Positions 50,555 to 60,205 of a stretch of DNA of 64,000 nt are shown here, piece by piece. The position numbers were made by a program, and so were the translations under genes. Positions within the stretch are counted from its first letter, which is position 1. The number at the start of each line of letters is the position of its first letter. The notes under the pieces are model-generated. The model was not told where the DNA came from and did no database searches. It worked only from the letters and a program-made list of their open reading frames with translations. Source of the stretch: Synechococcus sp. (lineage in GTDB: Bacteria > Cyanobacteriota > Cyanobacteriia > Thermostichales > PCC-7336); NCBI GenBank assembly GCA_051439605.1, contig JBFRWN010000032.1, positions 118,041 to 182,040 of the forward strand. The letters run 5' to 3'.

Positions 50555-51187
50555 CTAAATCATTCCGAGGATGACATTTATAACAAAGGCGAATGCTGCA
50601 ATAGCTGCTCCAGCCAGAAAGGCGATATAACTCCAACGCAAGTAGAAGTATTTCTTTTGGGCTAGAACCTGTCCATGGGAGTAAATATCTTTTGCGATTG
50701 TAGAATAGAGTTTCGAGTCTGATTGTGTCATTTTCTCTAGTTCTTGCTCGAACACTTGCTGAGGTAATCGAGAGAAATGGCCAAAGTAAAGCAAGTTAAA
50801 AAAGGGTGAGTGTCTATTTGGTTTACCCTGCTTGTCTTTGGGGTAGGACATGGTGGGTAAAACCGCCAAAATTGCTAACATCAGCGCTACTAGAGAAGAC
50901 ACGCAAATAATAAGCAGAGGTAATTTGTAGACTAAATTATCTGCTTGACTAATGGAGATTGACAACACGATCGAGGAGGCTGCGATCATGATATTGGCTT
51001 TGTTATCAGCCATGAGACTGTACTCCACCAAGCTCTGTTGAGTGGTGCGAAACAGATAGTCAATCGAACTATCCCCTCTGGTCCCCGTGAATGGCTGTTT
51101 CTCCCAATCCAATAACTCAACTCCAGTAGATTGATTCAGGCCAGATTTTTTTGACAAGCGAATCGTAACGTTATCTGGATGACTCAA
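50555..51187 (-). CDS. Pycsar TM-effector-like (DUF5706) membrane protein
   Basis: LFRTT...MADNKANIMI, LLYFGHF, DIYSHGQVLAQKKYFYLRWSY; three hydrophobic segments. Confidence 0.75.
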   Translation of the reverse strand: MSHPDNVTIRLSKKSGLNQSTGVELLDWEKQPFTGTRGDSSIDYLFRTTQQSLVEYSLMADNKANIMIAASSIVLSISISQADNLVYKLPLLIICVSSLVALMLAILAVLPTMSYPKDKQGKPNRHSPFFNLLYFGHFSRLPQQVFEQELEKMTQSDSKLYSTIAKDIYSHGQVLAQKKYFYLRWSYIAFLAGAAIAAFAFVINVILGMI

Positions 51188-51206
51188 CTAAAGTTGTCAA
51201 CTACAC

Positions 51207-51626
51207 CTAAGCACTTCGCCGAAATAGCCGACCAAACACATTGCGAAACCGTTGGGCATCTTCTTCCTCAATCGAGGATTCGGAGGGCATGTCATTCAGC
51301 AAATCGTTGAGTTCCCCCAAAATATAGCCCTCTTCAATGGAAACTGTATTGTCCGCATATATCACTCGGGTAAGGATTTCGAGTAGAAATTGGCGTTCCT
51401 CGCGGGTGGGATGACTGACCAAGTACTCTTGCAGGTAACGACGGTAGGTCAAGGCTGGCACCGGAGTCTCCAACAACAGACGTACATCGGGGTGGGAAGC
51501 CAGCCCCAGCTCATCTACGATGTTATGGAGGGGGGAAAGTTCCTCCGGCTGTAATTCCCCATCCGCCCACGCGGCTCCGAGGGCGACTTTCAGTGCTTGC
51601 AGTGCCTTTAGCGCCGATTCTTTCAT
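51207..51626 (-). CDS. TerB-like protein
   Basis: AAWADGELQPEE and VIYADNTVSIEE duplicated TerB-type motifs. Confidence 0.8.
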   Translation of the reverse strand: MKESALKALQALKVALGAAWADGELQPEELSPLHNIVDELGLASHPDVRLLLETPVPALTYRRYLQEYLVSHPTREERQFLLEILTRVIYADNTVSIEEGYILGELNDLLNDMPSESSIEEEDAQRFRNVFGRLFRRSA

Positions 51627-51731
51627 TGTCTTTGACTCACCTGGTTAGACCCAACTGTTAAGCAATTCAAATGCGCGCAATCTTGTCTCTCAACCAACAG
51701 GTACACCTGTTTGCGGACTAGCATAGCCAAC

Positions 51732-52808
51732 TCAAGTGGCATCGCATCCTACTGCTTCAGCAATAGTTGCAAACCCAGTAGCCTCCAACTTGGCCAACAG
51801 TCCCTTCACAATTTGACTAGGTAATCCAGGCCCTTTGTACACTAACCCCGTATAGAGCTGAATCAGGCTGGCCCCTGCTGCGATTTTCTCCCAGGCGGTC
51901 TCTGTAGAATCGATTCCCCCTACCCCAATAATGGGCAGCTTCCCCTGAGTTTGCTGATAGATGTAGCGCACTATTTCTGTGGATTTAGAGCGTACTGGAG
52001 GACCGCTTAATCCCCCTGCCTCTTGCGCGATCGCCGCTGTCTTTAACCCCTCTCTTCCCAGAGTAGTGTTGGTGGCAATGATGCCATCAACAGGTTTGTT
52101 TAGCGCAAATTCCAACACTTCATCCAGTTGGGACCAATCTAAATCTGGGGCGATTTTTATCAATAGGGGTTTATTGTCGCGGTTATGCTTTTGCAGCAAC
52201 GTCATAATGCGGTCCAGATTGTCCTGCGACTGCAGCTGTCTCAAACCAGGGGTGTTGGGGGAACTTACGTTGATCGCAAAATAATCCCCGAAGGGATACA
52301 GCTTTTGAAAGCTAGTGAGATAGTCTGTGGCAGCTTCTTCTAGAGGCGTAACTTTCGATTTGCCCAAATTGATCCCCACCGGGATTTCAGCGGGGCTGGG
52401 AGGATCGGTGGCTAAGCGCTCCGCAACTGCTGCCGCCCCTTGGTTATTGAATCCGTAACGGTTAATCACAGCCTCGTCAGCCGGCAACCGAAATAATCGC
52501 GGTCGGGGGTTCCCGGATTGGGGATGGGCGGTGATGGTGCCCACCTCCGCAAAGGCAAAGCCAATCTCGGGCCAGGTGGCGATTGCTTCTGCGTTCTTAT
52601 CGAAGCCCGCCGCCAGTCCCACGGGGTGTTCGAACGTTAGGCCCCACAATGTTTGCCTGAGTCTGTCATCTGTGGGAGCCGCCAGCCCCCCAAGAAGAGG
52701 TCGCATCCCAGGATTGAGGGCAAACCAGCGAGCTCGACCGATTGCCCAACGGTGCAGGGTTTCCGGATCGATGCGAAATAACAGCGGACGAATTGTGCGG
52801 GAATACAT
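51732..52808 (-). CDS. pyrD: Quinone-dependent dihydroorotate dehydrogenase
   Basis: GLAAGFDKN, NVSSPNTPGLR, KIAPD, GGLSG. Confidence 0.96.
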   Translation of the reverse strand: MYSRTIRPLLFRIDPETLHRWAIGRARWFALNPGMRPLLGGLAAPTDDRLRQTLWGLTFEHPVGLAAGFDKNAEAIATWPEIGFAFAEVGTITAHPQSGNPRPRLFRLPADEAVINRYGFNNQGAAAVAERLATDPPSPAEIPVGINLGKSKVTPLEEAATDYLTSFQKLYPFGDYFAINVSSPNTPGLRQLQSQDNLDRIMTLLQKHNRDNKPLLIKIAPDLDWSQLDEVLEFALNKPVDGIIATNTTLGREGLKTAAIAQEAGGLSGPPVRSKSTEIVRYIYQQTQGKLPIIGVGGIDSTETAWEKIAAGASLIQLYTGLVYKGPGLPSQIVKGLLAKLEATGFATIAEAVGCDAT

Positions 52809-53003
52809 GCAGGCGTTACGGGGGGGCTTGAGCTACGATTGGACAAACTTTGAAAACTTAGGATTGAGCGACAGTCTCAGAAGCGATCGGTATAGCGGCC
52901 GGGCAAAACTCATCCAAGTTTGCACCGTCCAGTGTATAGGCTCCTTCTCTAGACTCCACAACCAGAATTATCACTCCTCTATACCCTTTGGGAGGCAGGT
53001 CTA

Positions 53004-54077
53004 ATGGCCCTCCATGCCGAATTGCATCGCCACCTAGGGGGGTCTGTTGTCCCCCGAATACTGTGGCGTTATCTCAGGCGCAACAAATTTTCCCTGGCCG
53101 ACACTTACCCCGAATATCCCCCTTTTGAGGCGTTTTACACCCGCCCCCGCAGCACCCTAGACGAATACCTAGAACTCCACTCGCTGGTGGAGAGCGTTCA
53201 AACCTTAGACGCTCTCCCCTATTTCATTTATCGGCTGCTGCGCGGGGCTTATGTCTTTGAAGATCTGGCCTACCTAGAAATTCGCTATACCCCCTATCTA
53301 CGTACTGACCCTAGTTTGGATGAAACAGACCGCCTGCTGCAGATGCACCAGGTGATTGAGGTGGTGTCAAAGGCGATCGCCCAAACCGATTACCCGATTG
53401 TGACCCGTCAAATCCTTTGTCTCCATTCTCGGCTATCAGAGACCGTTAATCGGGCCATCGTAGAGGCTGCCATCCAATATCCTTCGGTGTGCGCCATCGA
53501 TCTGGCTGGCGGGGATAAAGCCTATCGCGATCGAATGCATGAATGGGTGGAGCTTTATCGCTATGCTCTAGCCAGCGGGCTAAAGACCACCGCCCATTTG
53601 TACGAAACTCCTGATGGCTGCTACCCCGATCTGCTTCCCTACGTCTCCCGAATCGGCCACGGGATTCAGATCCCTTTGTTACACCCCGATCTGCTGCCGG
53701 AGGTTGCCCGCCGCAATCAATGCTTAGAGGTTTGTCCCACCACCTATCTCAAAACGGGTACGCTCCACTCCCTTGCCCCCCTCAAAGAGGTGTTTCAGCG
53801 CTGTTTTGATGCGGGTGTGGACATTTCCATTTGCACGGATAATGCTGGTTTGCATAACGTGCGCCTTCCTTTCGAGTACGAAAACCTGCTGACGCTGGAT
53901 ATTATCGATTTCGAACAGTTGCAATATTGCCAAGCGGCTGCTTTCCGCCATGCGTTTGCCTGGCCCCATACCAAATCTCCGGCGGAAGCCCTCAGAGACG
54001 CCTCTGTTTCCATGGGGGTGGGGGCCGCTATGGCTGCTAACCCGCAGATAGATTCCAACCCGGCGATCGCTCCCTAA
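53004..54077 (+). CDS. Adenosine deaminase family protein
   Basis: ELHRHLGG, TAHLYE, RIGHG, EVCPT, CTDN. Confidence 0.88.
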   Translation: MALHAELHRHLGGSVVPRILWRYLRRNKFSLADTYPEYPPFEAFYTRPRSTLDEYLELHSLVESVQTLDALPYFIYRLLRGAYVFEDLAYLEIRYTPYLRTDPSLDETDRLLQMHQVIEVVSKAIAQTDYPIVTRQILCLHSRLSETVNRAIVEAAIQYPSVCAIDLAGGDKAYRDRMHEWVELYRYALASGLKTTAHLYETPDGCYPDLLPYVSRIGHGIQIPLLHPDLLPEVARRNQCLEVCPTTYLKTGTLHSLAPLKEVFQRCFDAGVDISICTDNAGLHNVRLPFEYENLLTLDIIDFEQLQYCQAAAFRHAFAWPHTKSPAEALRDASVSMGVGAAMAANPQIDSNPAIAP

Positions 54078-54222
54078 TCTTCCCCCTCAGCTGTAGAGGC
54101 ATCCAGCATGGTCAGTTACCTCCTTCTGTCGGGTCTTTATGAGAGTAATTTTTCCTTGCTAGACTTCCCACTGCGATTGCAGCCTCTCATCTGCCAACAG
54201 GACAATCTTTCAACCAGACTGT

Positions 54223-56592
54223 ATGGACTCACCTTCCCCTAGTCAAAGGGCTCCCAAGGCAAATCGCCCTTGGACTCCATTTATAGGGCTAAACTCCGAT
54301 CGCGCTGCTCGACTAGTCGCCCTGTTTCCCTGGATAAAACATGGGGCTAGCTATGCAATTGCGGTCTTGCTGCTGACGGCTGCCCACGGCATTAGATTTT
54401 ATAACGAGCCACGCTTAACGGTGGGACGAGTTGCCTCTGAGGAAATTGTGGCCCCTTTCGGTGCCAACATCGAAGACACGCAAGCGACAGCTGAAAAACG
54501 TGCCCGCGTGCGGGACTCCACCCAGCAATTCGTGCGCATCGATTCGAAAGCAAATGCCGCTATGAATTCTGAATTGCAGCAGCGTGTCGCCCAAGCCAAC
54601 AGACTGAGGAGCAATAGAGAACCATCCACTTTTGTTGCCACCACAATTCTGTCCGCTGATACCCAAACCTTTTTGCAGCAGCTCTCCCCCGCTGAGTGGG
54701 CCAGTATGCAAGCTGCTCTTCGAGGGGACTCCTCAACTGCTTCCTCAGACTTTGCAACCCTGCAAGCTATTGGGGAACTGCAGCAACTTCTCAAGCAGCT
54801 CCCAGACTCCACAACGGTTGAAACTGGGGCAGTTGCTCTTACCCTCGCTCAAATTGAAGCGGCTCAACAGCGTTACCGCAGACGCCAAGCAGAACTTTCC
54901 CCTTGGTCCAAGCAGCTATATACATGGTCAGAGGCAGAGTGGAACTCTGTGCAACAGGCATTGCCGATTATATTAAGGCGCATTCAGGCGATGGGTATTG
55001 CGGAAGGGTTACCCGAAGATGTCAGGCGTCAAGGAGTATTGGCCCAGCTTGAAACCTTGCCCTCCGAGATTTCGACAGGTTTAGGTCCCGTGTTACTTAA
55101 TGTGATGCAACCCAACTTAGAGCTCGATCTCCAAAAAATAGAAGCACAGGTGCAAAGCAGGTTGGCAAATGTTGAACCGGAGCTCATTCATATGAAGGCC
55201 GGTCAGACCATTGTTTTGCCAGGGGAACACATTACCCAATCTACCTTTGATGTCTTAGATCATTACAAACTTGCCCAACGGCGCGTCAACCTCTGGGGAC
55301 TGCTCAAAGTCAGTGGTGTCATGGTGGGTGTGCTTGTCCTATTGGTTCCCCTCCAGTCATTGATTCGTCCCAACCTACGCACCCGCGATCGCTGCCTGTT
55401 GCTGTTACTCCTCAGTACTGTAGCTCCCACAGCCATCGGTTTAGGACTGCCTTCTACATCGCTACCGGCTGTGGGGTTACTTGGGGGGAGCTATTACGGC
55501 GGTTGGATGGGACTCTTACTGGTGGGGGCTGCCTCGGCGCTTTTGCCCTTGGCCACTGGCATGGGTTACACGGCTCTAGTTCCCGGCCTATTTCCAATTT
55601 TGGCGGGTAGTATGCTTGCCTGTGTCGTAGCTCCGAGATTGCGATCGCGGGAAGAGTTAGCGCTCTTGGGGGGAGGGGCCGCTTTCACGCAGGCATTTGC
55701 CTATGCCATTGTCCCTTTGGCCTTGGGCAATCCTATCAGCTGGACCGCAGCGGCCATAGCAGGTGGTTCTGGGCTGCTATGGAGCATAGCAGCCCTAGGG
55801 GCAAGCCCTAATCTCGAACCCCTCTTCGATCTGGTGACCCCCATTCGGCTAGCAGAACTAGCTAACCCCAACCGACCGCTATTGCGGCGTCTAGCGGAGG
55901 AGGCTCCAGGTACTTATCAGCACACGCTATTTGTCGCCTCTTTAGCGGAGCGAGCTGCCCAAAAACTCAAACTTAATGCAGAGTTAGTCCGCACAGGAAC
56001 CCTATATCACGACATCGGCAAAATGCCCCAGGCACAATACTTTATCGAGAATCAAATGGGGGGGCCGAATCTCCACGATGAAATTAACGATCCTTACAAA
56101 AGTGCAGAAATTATCATCGATCATGTCAGGGATGGTCTCAAGCTGGCTCGTCAATATCGTTTGCCCACGGCTATCCGCGCCTTTATTCCAGAACATCAAG
56201 GTACCATTCGAGTAGCCTTCTTTCTCCATCAGGCCAAACTCCAAGCATCCCAAGATGTGCCTTTTGATGAGTCGCCGTTTCGGTATGAAGGTCCCATTCC
56301 CCAAACCCGCGAAACTGGGGTGGTAATGCTGGCCGATGCCTGCGAGGCTGCCCTGCGCAGCTTGCGCAAAACCCTATCAGGAGATTTAGATAGGCCTACT
56401 TTGGAGGAGGCCCGTAAAACCATCCTCAGCATTTTTCGCAGTCGGTGGCAGGATGGCCAATTGGCGGAGTCGGGTCTGCTGCGCGAAGACATGGATACCA
56501 TCGCCGATGTTTTCCTGCAGGTATGGAGGGAGTCCTATCACGACCGCATCCCTTATCCCTCGGCCAACTCCCCCTCGGCCACCCCTCTGTAA
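54223..56592 (+). CDS. 7TM-HD phosphohydrolase (PgpH-like)
   Basis: EAPGTYQH, YHDIGK, HVRDG, EHQGT, MLADACEAA; extracellular and multi-TM domains. Confidence 0.88.
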   Translation: MDSPSPSQRAPKANRPWTPFIGLNSDRAARLVALFPWIKHGASYAIAVLLLTAAHGIRFYNEPRLTVGRVASEEIVAPFGANIEDTQATAEKRARVRDSTQQFVRIDSKANAAMNSELQQRVAQANRLRSNREPSTFVATTILSADTQTFLQQLSPAEWASMQAALRGDSSTASSDFATLQAIGELQQLLKQLPDSTTVETGAVALTLAQIEAAQQRYRRRQAELSPWSKQLYTWSEAEWNSVQQALPIILRRIQAMGIAEGLPEDVRRQGVLAQLETLPSEISTGLGPVLLNVMQPNLELDLQKIEAQVQSRLANVEPELIHMKAGQTIVLPGEHITQSTFDVLDHYKLAQRRVNLWGLLKVSGVMVGVLVLLVPLQSLIRPNLRTRDRCLLLLLLSTVAPTAIGLGLPSTSLPAVGLLGGSYYGGWMGLLLVGAASALLPLATGMGYTALVPGLFPILAGSMLACVVAPRLRSREELALLGGGAAFTQAFAYAIVPLALGNPISWTAAAIAGGSGLLWSIAALGASPNLEPLFDLVTPIRLAELANPNRPLLRRLAEEAPGTYQHTLFVASLAERAAQKLKLNAELVRTGTLYHDIGKMPQAQYFIENQMGGPNLHDEINDPYKSAEIIIDHVRDGLKLARQYRLPTAIRAFIPEHQGTIRVAFFLHQAKLQASQDVPFDESPFRYEGPIPQTRETGVVMLADACEAALRSLRKTLSGDLDRPTLEEARKTILSIFRSRWQDGQLAESGLLREDMDTIADVFLQVWRESYHDRIPYPSANSPSATPL

Positions 56593-56713
56593 GTCCCATC
56601 GGAGAGATTTCTATACTTAGAACCTATGTGGAAGCTCGGGAATTATTGCTAGAGAAGGTAACATTTGGACAGGTCAGTCTAGCTCGATCGATTACAATAG
56701 CTACCATCCCTAT

Positions 56714-57175
56714 TTGTTAACAATGCTACCTCAACTGCCCAGTCGATGCTTAACCTCACAGGAGGCTGTATATGACTCTTTGTCGACAGCAGGATCGACC
56801 GAGCCGGTTTCGCAACTCATCGAACCACGACCGATTTACCAGCTGAATGCTGATTGCTGGGTCTTGTTTGCGGAACTCGTGCAGTCTACCCAACAGCCGG
56901 GAGGAAGAGAGATGGTATGGGTGCGACCCCTTCTTCTGGTGAATCTCTGTGAGAAGGATGCCCCAGCTAGCGATCTCAGCCATGCTGCCGATCTTCTATG
57001 GCCAGCGGCACACTTTTCCCCAACCTATGCAGAAGATATGTTGCCACACTTGGTTGACGTACGTTTGCTGACTTTGGAGGATGCTCGTCAGCAGCTGCAG
57101 GACTTCATGCGGCTAGCATGGGATAGCCACAATAATGATGCTGCCACAGACGTTGCCGTTACCCGATCTCAATAA
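56714..57175 (+). CDS. Hypothetical protein
   Basis: LFAELVQ, WVRPLLL, DLLWP, LQDFMRLAW motif-like blocks. Confidence 0.65.
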   Translation: MLTMLPQLPSRCLTSQEAVYDSLSTAGSTEPVSQLIEPRPIYQLNADCWVLFAELVQSTQQPGGREMVWVRPLLLVNLCEKDAPASDLSHAADLLWPAAHFSPTYAEDMLPHLVDVRLLTLEDARQQLQDFMRLAWDSHNNDAATDVAVTRSQ

Positions 57176-57294
57176 CTGTTGCTAGACTTCTGTTCAACTC
57201 CGGTTTCCTGAACGTCCTTTGCCCATATTTAGGCAGAAAGTCCCAAACCTTTGGTGCTCCTCAACAATATGAACCCCAAAAACATCATTGGCGC

Positions 57295-57618
57295 TTACCC
57301 AGTTCGGACAAAAGATTCTACCTCTGAAAGTTCTTTGAGAAGGGCAGGATAGACGTCACTTATTTGCTTGCCACGAGCATGTCGCTCCATCTCTATACAT
57401 AATTGCTCCATATGTACAGCCCCCACATTCCCACTGGCCCCTTTTAATTGATGAGCTAATGCTGCCAGGACTTCCCAATTGACATCGACGATCGCCAGTT
57501 TAATTTTGGCTAGACATTCTCGACTGTCGTTGATGTAAGCCTTGAGTAATTCTTGCTCGAACTCTTTGTCACCTTCAGAGATGCTTTTCAATCGTTCGAG
57601 ATCGATTGTAGTCGCCAA
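57295..57618 (-). CDS. Stand-alone Hpt phosphotransfer protein
   Basis: LAHQLKGASGNVGA. Confidence 0.9.
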   Translation of the reverse strand: MATTIDLERLKSISEGDKEFEQELLKAYINDSRECLAKIKLAIVDVNWEVLAALAHQLKGASGNVGAVHMEQLCIEMERHARGKQISDVYPALLKELSEVESFVRTG

Positions 57619-57652
57619 CAGAAATCCCTCGCTTTATTATCATGAGTTTTGG

Positions 57653-58099
57653 CTAATCTACAGTGGAAAGCCATTGTTCTAGAGTACGCAATAAAGTCTG
57701 ACGGGAAACCGGCTTATTCAGATAATCATTCATACCTGCAGCTAAGCAGCGATCTCGATGTTCGGGTTCTGTATTGGCAGTCATTGCCACCACCACGGTT
57801 TGCAGCTCTTGTCCCTCCCGTTGGCGCAGCAAGCGTGTGGCTTCGTAGCCATCCATTTCAGGCATTTGGCAATCCATGAAGACCAGATCGACTTGTGAAC
57901 CGGATAGTTGTTCGAGTGCATCCTTTCCACTTCTAGCCACCTGTACCTGATATCCCATCGGTTCGAGCTGCCGCTTGAGGATGGTGCGATTGATGTGGCA
58001 GTCATCCACAACTAAAACCGTGCCGTTTTCAGCTCGGTCCGAGTGACCTCGTAATTCTGCTGAGTTGATACAACGAAGTGAGGAACTGTCTTTGCCCAT
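57653..58099 (-). CDS. Single-domain response regulator receiver
   Basis: VLVVDD, VFMDCQMPEMDG, AMTA, GMNDYLNKP. Confidence 0.92.
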   Translation of the reverse strand: MGKDSSSLRCINSAELRGHSDRAENGTVLVVDDCHINRTILKRQLEPMGYQVQVARSGKDALEQLSGSQVDLVFMDCQMPEMDGYEATRLLRQREGQELQTVVVAMTANTEPEHRDRCLAAGMNDYLNKPVSRQTLLRTLEQWLSTVD

Positions 58100-58311
58100 A
58101 ACACTTTTCGAACACCGAACTATCTAAGTTTCCCCAACATCTTCATGCTCGTTAACAAATTGACAGATATGACATGTCAGCTAGCTCGGCTAGATCTGTG
58201 ACCAATGTAAGGTTGTGGCGAATGACAACTCTCAGCAACCGTGCGATAGCTAGCTTCGCAAATTGGGGCATGTACCTGTATGAGTCGCTTTTCCCTGCAT
58301 CACGAAGATGA

Positions 58312-58331
58312 GAGCGGCTTGCAAGCCGCTC
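58312..58331. repeat. Perfect 20-bp palindrome
   Basis: GAGCGGCTTGCAAGCCGCTC. Confidence 0.85.
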
Positions 58332-58563
58332 CATCGCGAAGAGTTGCTGGGATGGTTTTATCCTGCTAACAAGATGTGAACAGATTGTGAAATCTGACTG
58401 TAATGTTGGTACTTCTTTAGTGATGCCTATTACATCTGAGCTATAGCTGTAGCTTTCTCAGTTAAATCAGGCAGGCTATGCCTGTTGAAGACTTCCGGGT
58501 AGATAGATGTCCAAAGCGACTTGACGACCCGCTCTGTCTGCTAGTGCCAGTCTTGTATAGACA

Positions 58564-60009
58564 TTAGCCCCAAGGATTGTCGTTGAACGGCGAAGGAGTA
58601 AAGGCTTCAGGACCTTTCCGATCGTCACCATCAGGGCTAATCTCCGAGTTCTCTGCTGGGCGGTCTGTCCAAGGATCGTCCTCAGAAAGTGGGGGGAAGG
58701 GGGAATCCTCTGAAGGGTTACCATCATCCATCTGGCCCAGGTTTGAGAAGCTGGCTTGGACTGGCATGTCCCGAGCGGGGATTTGGCTTTCTGAATATCC
58801 GCCATCAGCGTAGGCTGGGTTGTCATAGCCTCGATTGCTGTAGGTCTGGTTGAAGTTTGGTTGATTTTCGTAATTCTGATTCTCGTAGTTTTGATTCTCG
58901 TAGGTTTGGGTTCCAGAAGTATTCTCTGCATTCCAAGTACCGTAGCCTGGTTCTTCGTAGGCACTTGGAGGGTAGCCCCCCGCATTCCCCTCACCATAAG
59001 GGGGGGGAGGTGGTGGATTGTTGTATCCGTCGTTGTAACCTTGTGAACCACCATTGTTGGGGTAGGCATAGGCAGCCGGATCGTACACTCCATTATCATA
59101 AGGAGCCTGCTCGTTATAGGGAGCGGGAGCACCGTATGGTTCGGGAGTGTTGTACGGAACCCGGTTGTTATAAGGGGCCTGATTGTTATATGGGTCGTAG
59201 CCAGTGTCTCCGTAACCAGGAGTTCCATAGCTTGGCTCGTTATAGCCGCGGTTGTAAGTGTCTTCCGGAGGATAAGTGCTGTTGGAGTATTCGGGGTGTG
59301 GAGTAGGGGCCTGGGTGCTTTCAACTTCTCGCAGAAGCTCCTTGGCCTCCTGTAGTTTTTCTCGCAGCAACTCGTCAGGGTCTACTCCCATTGCCTTTAG
59401 CTCAGCCCGCTTTTCTTCCACTTGCCCCACTAATTCATCTAGGGAGACAGTGAAATGAGACACCGTCTGCATCATCTGTGTGGCTTGTTCTTCACGAGTT
59501 TCGATCGCCTGCGAGAGCTCTTGGGTACGTACGATAAAATCTGCTTCTTGGTTGGTTAGATTCTCTATCGTTTGATTCAAAACAGCCCTGCGACGCTCCA
59601 GTTGAGCAACGATGTCAGTGAGTTGTCGCTCGCGATCGCTCAAGCTACGCTCGCGGGTCTGAACTTCCTCCAATCTGCCTTGGGCCTGAGTCAGTTCGTC
59701 CCGAAAGTACATCACCTGCGGTTCAATTTCATTGCGTTCCTGATGCAAGTCAAGAACGAAAGATTCCAAATTGCTTTTTTCCATCCGCAAAGATTCGCAC
59801 TCGTTCACTAGCGAATTATGTAGCTGGCTGAGGACTTCAGCCTCGGCTACCACTTGACTGAGCTGGGTAATGCGATCGCCAGCTTCGGCCAGTTGACGGG
59901 CAATGCCTTGGCTTTCACTGACTTCTGGCTCGTTGAAGATTTCTTTGATTTGCGTTTGATCCAGCAGGCGTTGTGTTAGCTGGCGAAAACGAACGGAAAA
60001 ATCTGCCAT
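58564..60009 (-). CDS. Coiled-coil protein with Tyr/Asn/Pro/Gly low-complexity C-terminus
   Basis: ~230-aa helical E/Q/L-rich region, then a Y-periodic tail including YENQ(N/P) x3. Confidence 0.8.
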   Translation of the reverse strand: MADFSVRFRQLTQRLLDQTQIKEIFNEPEVSESQGIARQLAEAGDRITQLSQVVAEAEVLSQLHNSLVNECESLRMEKSNLESFVLDLHQERNEIEPQVMYFRDELTQAQGRLEEVQTRERSLSDRERQLTDIVAQLERRRAVLNQTIENLTNQEADFIVRTQELSQAIETREEQATQMMQTVSHFTVSLDELVGQVEEKRAELKAMGVDPDELLREKLQEAKELLREVESTQAPTPHPEYSNSTYPPEDTYNRGYNEPSYGTPGYGDTGYDPYNNQAPYNNRVPYNTPEPYGAPAPYNEQAPYDNGVYDPAAYAYPNNGGSQGYNDGYNNPPPPPPYGEGNAGGYPPSAYEEPGYGTWNAENTSGTQTYENQNYENQNYENQPNFNQTYSNRGYDNPAYADGGYSESQIPARDMPVQASFSNLGQMDDGNPSEDSPFPPLSEDDPWTDRPAENSEISPDGDDRKGPEAFTPSPFNDNPWG

Positions 60010-60205
60010 GGGTGACGCGCTCTGTCCCTAAGGTGAGAGATGCTCTCGATTATGTATTCACTCTATCATTTGCTCCTTTTCCCCTCTTCATGCAAGCCCT
60101 ACTTGCAAGCAATGCTGAAAGGTGCCCTTCTTCCCCTAAGCTGTCGGTCACAACCCCACGTAGTACGCTAACTTGATGTGAGTATTTATTGTGCGAGTGT
60201 TTAGC

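Noticed and set aside
58476..59324. 282-aa Thr-rich alternative-frame ORF
   Set aside because: Shadow of the low-complexity Tyr/Asn region of the 58564-60009 gene
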